NCBI GenBank assembly: GCA_038087875.1
Contig: CM075989.1
Span: 6,386,001-6,450,000, forward strand
Length of the DNA: 64,000 nt
Reading direction: 5' to 3'
DNA from: Malacoraja senta
Taxonomy: Eukaryota
The notes below the pieces were generated by a model. That model made no database searches. It saw only the letters and a list, made by a program, of their open reading frames with translations, and was not told the origin of the DNA. Of this stretch, positions 1 to 64,000 are shown piece after piece; the stretch's first letter is position 1; each line of letters starts with the position of its first letter. A program made the translations under genes and the position numbers.

Positions 1-28
1 CAAAGGCATGTAGTTTGGTGGGTGAATG

Positions 29-433
29 CAAAGATCCTGTAGCAAGCAAGATAGATCACTCGACGAAAAAGACGTAGTACGGTCATGGGCTGATTCATGG
101 GTAATTTTAGGCCCCATTTCCGTAACCGGCTTCCGTCTCCGCACCAAAGATCCCATAGCGGAGCAAAGATAACTAGTGGGGAGACGGAAGCCGGTTACGG
201 AAACGTCCTGGTAAAAATAAAAGTTATTTGGTAAAAATCTTCTCCTCATTTTCAGAATTATAATTTATTAACACAAACTGTTCCCCCGCAACGTTGATTA
301 CACTGCGAGACGAGTCGAGTCGGGTTACTGAAATGGATGAAAAAAAGGCCCACGTTCTGCTACGTTGCGTACTACACGTCAGCCCATTGCATCTAGCAGG
401 AGTGGTCTATCTTGCTCCACTATAGGATCTTTG
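29..433. mobile_element. hAT-like MITE, 405 bp
   Basis: Imperfect ~33-bp TIRs CAAAGATCCT(G/A)TAG...; 8-bp TSD GGTGAATG (21-28) / GGTTAATG (434-441); perfect internal 24-bp inverted repeat 117-140/180-203. Confidence 0.75.
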
Positions 434-639
434 GGTTAATGGGCCACTGTGAACGGGCCCTCGTGTGTGAGTGAGGGCGAGAACAGGAAGGGAATAGTTA
501 CGATGGTTTATTGTCACGTGTACCGAGGTGCAGTGAGTAGCTTTTTTGTTGCGTGCTATCCAGTGAGCAGAAAGACCATACAGGATTACAATCAAGCCAT
601 CCACAGTATACAGATACAGGACAAAGGGAATAACAGTTA

Positions 640-1425
640 GTGCAAGGTAAAAGGAAATGCTGCTGTTGGAGTAGAGGTTTCAAAGAGTGAGTTGGGAAAA
701 GGGGATGTACAACGGGATCTGGGGGGTCCTTGTTCATCAGTCTATGAAAGTAAGCATGCAGGTACAGCAGGCAGTGAAGAAAGCGAATGGCATGTTGGCC
801 TTTATAACAAGAGGAATCTAGTATAGGAGCAAAGAGGTCCTTCTGCAGTTGTACAGAGCCCTAGTGAGATCACACCTGGAGTATTGTGTGCAGTTTTGGT
901 CCCCTAATTTGAGGAAGGACATTCTTGCTATTGAGGGAGTGCAACGTAGGTTTACAAGGTTAATTCCCGGGATGGCGGGACTGTCATATGGTGAGAGAGT
1001 GGAGCAGCTGGGCTTGTACACTCTGGAGTTAAGAAGGATGAGAGGGGATCTCATTGAAACATATAAGATTGTTAAGGGTTTGGACACGCTAGAGGCAGGA
1101 AACATGTTCCCGATGTTGGGGGAGTCCAGAACCAGGGGCCACAGTTTAAGAATAAGGAGTAAGCCATTTAGAACGGAGACGAGGAAACACTTTTTCTCAC
1201 AGAGAGTTGTGAGTCTGTGGAATTCTCTGCCTCAGAGGGCGGTGGAGGCCGGTTCTCTGGATACTTTCAAGAGAGAGCTAGATAGGGCTCTTAAAGATAG
1301 CGGTCAGGGGATATGGGGAGAAGGCAGGAACGGGGTACTGATTGGGGATGATCAGCCATGATCACATTGAATGGCGGTGCTGGCTCGAAGGGCCGAATGG
1401 CCTACTCCTGCACCTATTGTCTGTT
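640..1425 (+). mobile_element. CR1-clade LINE (HER1-like) 3' fragment
   Basis: [18 protein letters not shown]...RRMRGDLIETYK...FFSQRVVSLWNSLP, followed by the 3' UTR stem-loop tail. Confidence 0.9.
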
Positions 1426-1779
1426 GAGTGGAGCGATTGCAGATCCACTTCTGGGACCAGCGGGCAGAGTCTCCTGGCTTGGGCGCCATCTTGGATCAAT
1501 GTGGAGGGAATTGGTTACGGAGAATTGTAGGGATGGAGCGGGATTTGTGCAGTCGGCTGCCTGAATAGTCTCCTTCCGTGTCACAAAAGAGCTGTGGCCC
1601 TCCACTGATCCGAGGTCAGGGACTGGATCACTCGCTGAATGCCACAGTGGAAACCCACCATGCTTGCCATGTGTCAAGAGCGTTTTATCGTCATATATGT
1701 CCCAGATAGAACAATGAAATCCTTACGTGCAGCAGCGCAGCAGAATATGTAAAAATGTAATAAACAAAAAGAAAAGTTC

Positions 1780-1970
1780 TTAAGGAACTGCAGATGCTGG
1801 AAAATCGAAGATACACAAAAATGCTGGAGAAACTCAGCGGGTGCAGCAGCATCTATGGAGTGAAGGAAATAGGCAACGTTTCGGGCCGAAACCCTTCTTC
1901 AGTCTATTTCCTTCGCTCCATAGACGCTGCTGCACCCGCTGAGTTTCTCCAGCATTTTTGTGTACCTAAC
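1780..1970. mobile_element. Penelope-pLTR-derived fold-back element
   Basis: Inverted arms; minus-strand core CTGAAGAAGGGTTTCGGCCCGAAAC; TSD AAGAAAAGTTC (1769-1779/1971-1981). Confidence 0.7.
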
Positions 1971-1982
1971 AAGAAAAGTTCA

Positions 1983-61418
<59,436 letters not shown>

Positions 61419-61548
61419 CTGGGGATGCAAGGAGAATAAAGATCAGAAGCCGAACACTCGCTCACCATCGTGCTCAATACGTGGCCCCGAACAAACCCAC
61501 TCATCGCCGCGGGGGCCTGATCACCAGATCTCGCAGTTACATAGTGTG

Positions 61549-63605
61549 TCCTGCGGAGCATCCTGGACAATACAGCTCACCCCCTCCATGACACACACTG
61601 GTCAACCTGAGGAGCACCTTCAGCAACAGACTGGTTCCACCAAGATGCAGCACAGAACGCCACAGGAGATCCTTCTTCCCTGTGGCTATCAAACTGTACA
61701 ACCCCTCCCCCTTCTGTCGTGGGCTAGACTGAGACTGACTCCCCTCCCCAACCCACCCCCCTCTTCCCAATCCTTGCACATCCCCAACCGTTTCCACTCG
61801 TCGCTTTAATTTCACGTTACCTGTATTTTTGTGTTTTTTTAGTTTATTTATTTATTATTATTATTTTTTTGTTAGAAGTACAATTATGTGGTACCACAGT
61901 AACTAATACTTGTTGGCATATTACATTTCATATGCATTTCATGTACATTTCAAATACAACTTCTTATTTTTAATTTAATAATAAAGCAATAAGAGGGAAA
62001 GGAGAAAATAAGAGATTGATAGAGTGTTGCGTGAAATAGAAAGATAGCCCGAAGAGAAGAAAGAAGAGAGAAGAAGAAGCAGAAAGAGAGAGAGAGAAAG
62101 AGATGATATAGTGAAGAAGGAAAAAGAGAGAAAAAACAAAAAGGGGAAAAAGGAGATTGAAAGCGATATATCTATTTAATGTTCCAGGCCACCCGTCACC
62201 TGATTCTGAACCATTTTGTTTCTATGGTTGTGTTGCACCATATGCTTGTAAGAAGTCGATAAAGGGAAACCAAATCAATAAGAATTGGTCTACTTTGCCT
62301 GCTAGAAGGAGTCGCATTTCTTCAAGATATGCCGTTTCCGATATATTTGAAATCCACATTTTGAGCGTTGGCGTTGGAGCAAAATTTAAGTATGAGTTTT
62401 TTTGCCGTTATTAAACCGTAATTAAGTAGAGATTTTTGAGACGTATTTAGCTTATTCCCATCTTCCATTGATCCAAAGATAATCCATTCTGTATTAGGTT
62501 CAATTCTTCTATTAAATAGTTTTGTAAAAATTTCAAAAATTTCATTCCAGAATTTATGAAGTTTTATACAGGAGACAAAAGCGTGTGTTATAGTGGCATT
62601 CTCAGATAAGCATTTATCACAGATGGGAGAGATATTTGGATTGAATTTGTTCAGTCTAGTTTTCGAGTAGTATAATCTATGTAAAATTTTAAATTGAATT
62701 AAATTATGTTTTGCATTAATCGAACATTTATGTTATGTATATCAGGTATTTTCCCCATGTTTCTCTCGAAATTTTTATCTGTAATTCTCGTTCCCAATCT
62801 GCTCTGATTGCCTGTCGATGGTGATTCTATATTTAAAATGATATTATATAAGTATGATATTAAATTGCATGAGTCTGCCTTAATATTCATTGCTTCATCT
62901 AATGAATCTAGATTTAGAATTTGATATCCTTGTATGTGTTTTTTCAAATAATCTCTAATTTGAAGGTATTTAAAGTATTGGTTAATTTTCAAGTTGTATT
63001 TTAATTGTAATTGTTGAAATGATAAGAAATTTTCCATTTCATACAAGTCTCCAATGCTTTTCATTCCTAATCTTTCCCAATAGGTATACGTTTTGTCAGT
63101 GAGAGATGGTTTAAATGCGGGATTATTTACTATTGGAGATAAAAGTGATAAGTTTCTTAATTTCAAAGTTAGTTTTATTTGTTTCCAAATTCGAATTGTG
63201 TTGTGGATAATTGGATTCTTCTTATATATTGTGTCGTTTAATTTTATCGGGGAGAAGAGGATCGCTCCTATATTAAAAGGAGAGCAATCCTCTTTCTCCA
63301 TTCTTATCCATTCTACCTGTTGGGCAGAGCTGTCCAACCAATAAATTATGTTTTTAATATGTACTGCCCAGTAGTAGTATAAAAAGTTCGGGAGTGTCAA
63401 TCCCCCAGATTCTTTAGGTTTACACATGTGTTTTCTTTGGATTCTATGTGATCTGTAGTCCCATATGAAGTTTGTAATATTGGAGTCTAATTTTTTTAAG
63501 AAGTTTTTTGGTAAGTATATTGGTATTGATTGACTGTTTTTTATGACTGTTGGCAGATCAATTTCCCTCCTGGGATAAATAAAGTTTTGTCGTATCGTAT
63601 CGTAC
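61549..63605 (+). mobile_element. Rex1/Babar-like 3' end split by an L1 insertion
   Basis: 61549-61840 joined to 63535-63605 matches the uninterrupted copy at 22170-22556. Confidence 0.75.
61841..63534 (-). mobile_element. 5'-truncated L1-clade LINE (ORF2 3' part, 3' UTR, A-rich tail)
   Basis: QSIPIYLP..NFIW..KPKESGGLTLPNFLYYYWA..FKYLQIRDY; SPICDKC..THAFVSC zinc motif; TGTTTTTT duplication at junctions. Confidence 0.9.
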
Positions 63606-64000
63606 TAAAGTCCAATCAACAGGGAGAATGTGCAAACTCCACACAGACAGCAGCCGAGGCCAGGATCGAGCCTGGGCCTCTGGTGCGGTGAGGGAGCAGC
63701 TCCACCCGCTGCGCCACTGTGCTACCCTTGCCTCCGCGTGTCGCCTCTTGCTTCTGTTCAAAATTATTTTCGTTTTTAAACCAAAGAAATAAGTAACTTT
63801 TAATAATCTACATTACCCAATCGTATCATGATAGAAATAACAGAAGATAGACATAACAAGATAGAGTAACTCAGTGCGCCAGGCAGCATCTCTGAGGAAA
63901 AGGAATAGGTGATGTTTCGGGTCGAACCCCATCTTCAGACTTGGATATATGTCAAACTAGAAGCAGGAGTTGTCTATACGGTGCTTTCAACTTCTTCCGC

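Noticed and set aside
61421..61570. Upstream ATGs in ORF 61115-61570 as the CHD2 start
   Set aside because: Good acceptor at 61419-61420 marks an internal exon; the upstream part is intronic and overlaps a Rex1 fragment

Overview
Vertebrate genomic DNA, almost certainly a cartilaginous fish (likely skate/ray, inferred from HE1 SINE, HER1/CR1 and Penelope repeats). The whole window lies inside CHD2 on the minus strand. I traced 19 consecutive GT-AG coding exons with consistent phases, equivalent to human exons 3-21: acidic/Ser-rich N-terminus, tandem chromodomains, SNF2 ATPase lobe 1 and most of lobe 2. The start exon lies beyond 64000 and the 3' exons beyond position 1. Introns are packed with transposons: CR1/HER1, L2, L1, Rex1/Babar, Penelope-like elements, HE1 V-SINEs, a near-intact Tc1, PIF/Harbinger and hAT-like MITEs. 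The most notable signals are self-cleaving-ribozyme motifs carried by small non-autonomous retroelements. (i) A minimal CPEB3/HDV-like ribozyme begins exactly at the 5' end of a 137-bp TSD-flanked element (6848-6984). (ii) A non-circularly permuted hammerhead sits in a HERO-like derivative, sense to the CHD2 pre-mRNA (about 11479-11542). (iii) Minimal hammerhead cores occur in many Penelope-derived fold-back insertions. (iv) A partial HDV-like fold heads a bipartite RTE derivative. There is also a candidate poison exon in intron 4 and a near-identical inverted repeat flanking exon 5. Repeat family names and human exon sizes are from recall, not database searches.
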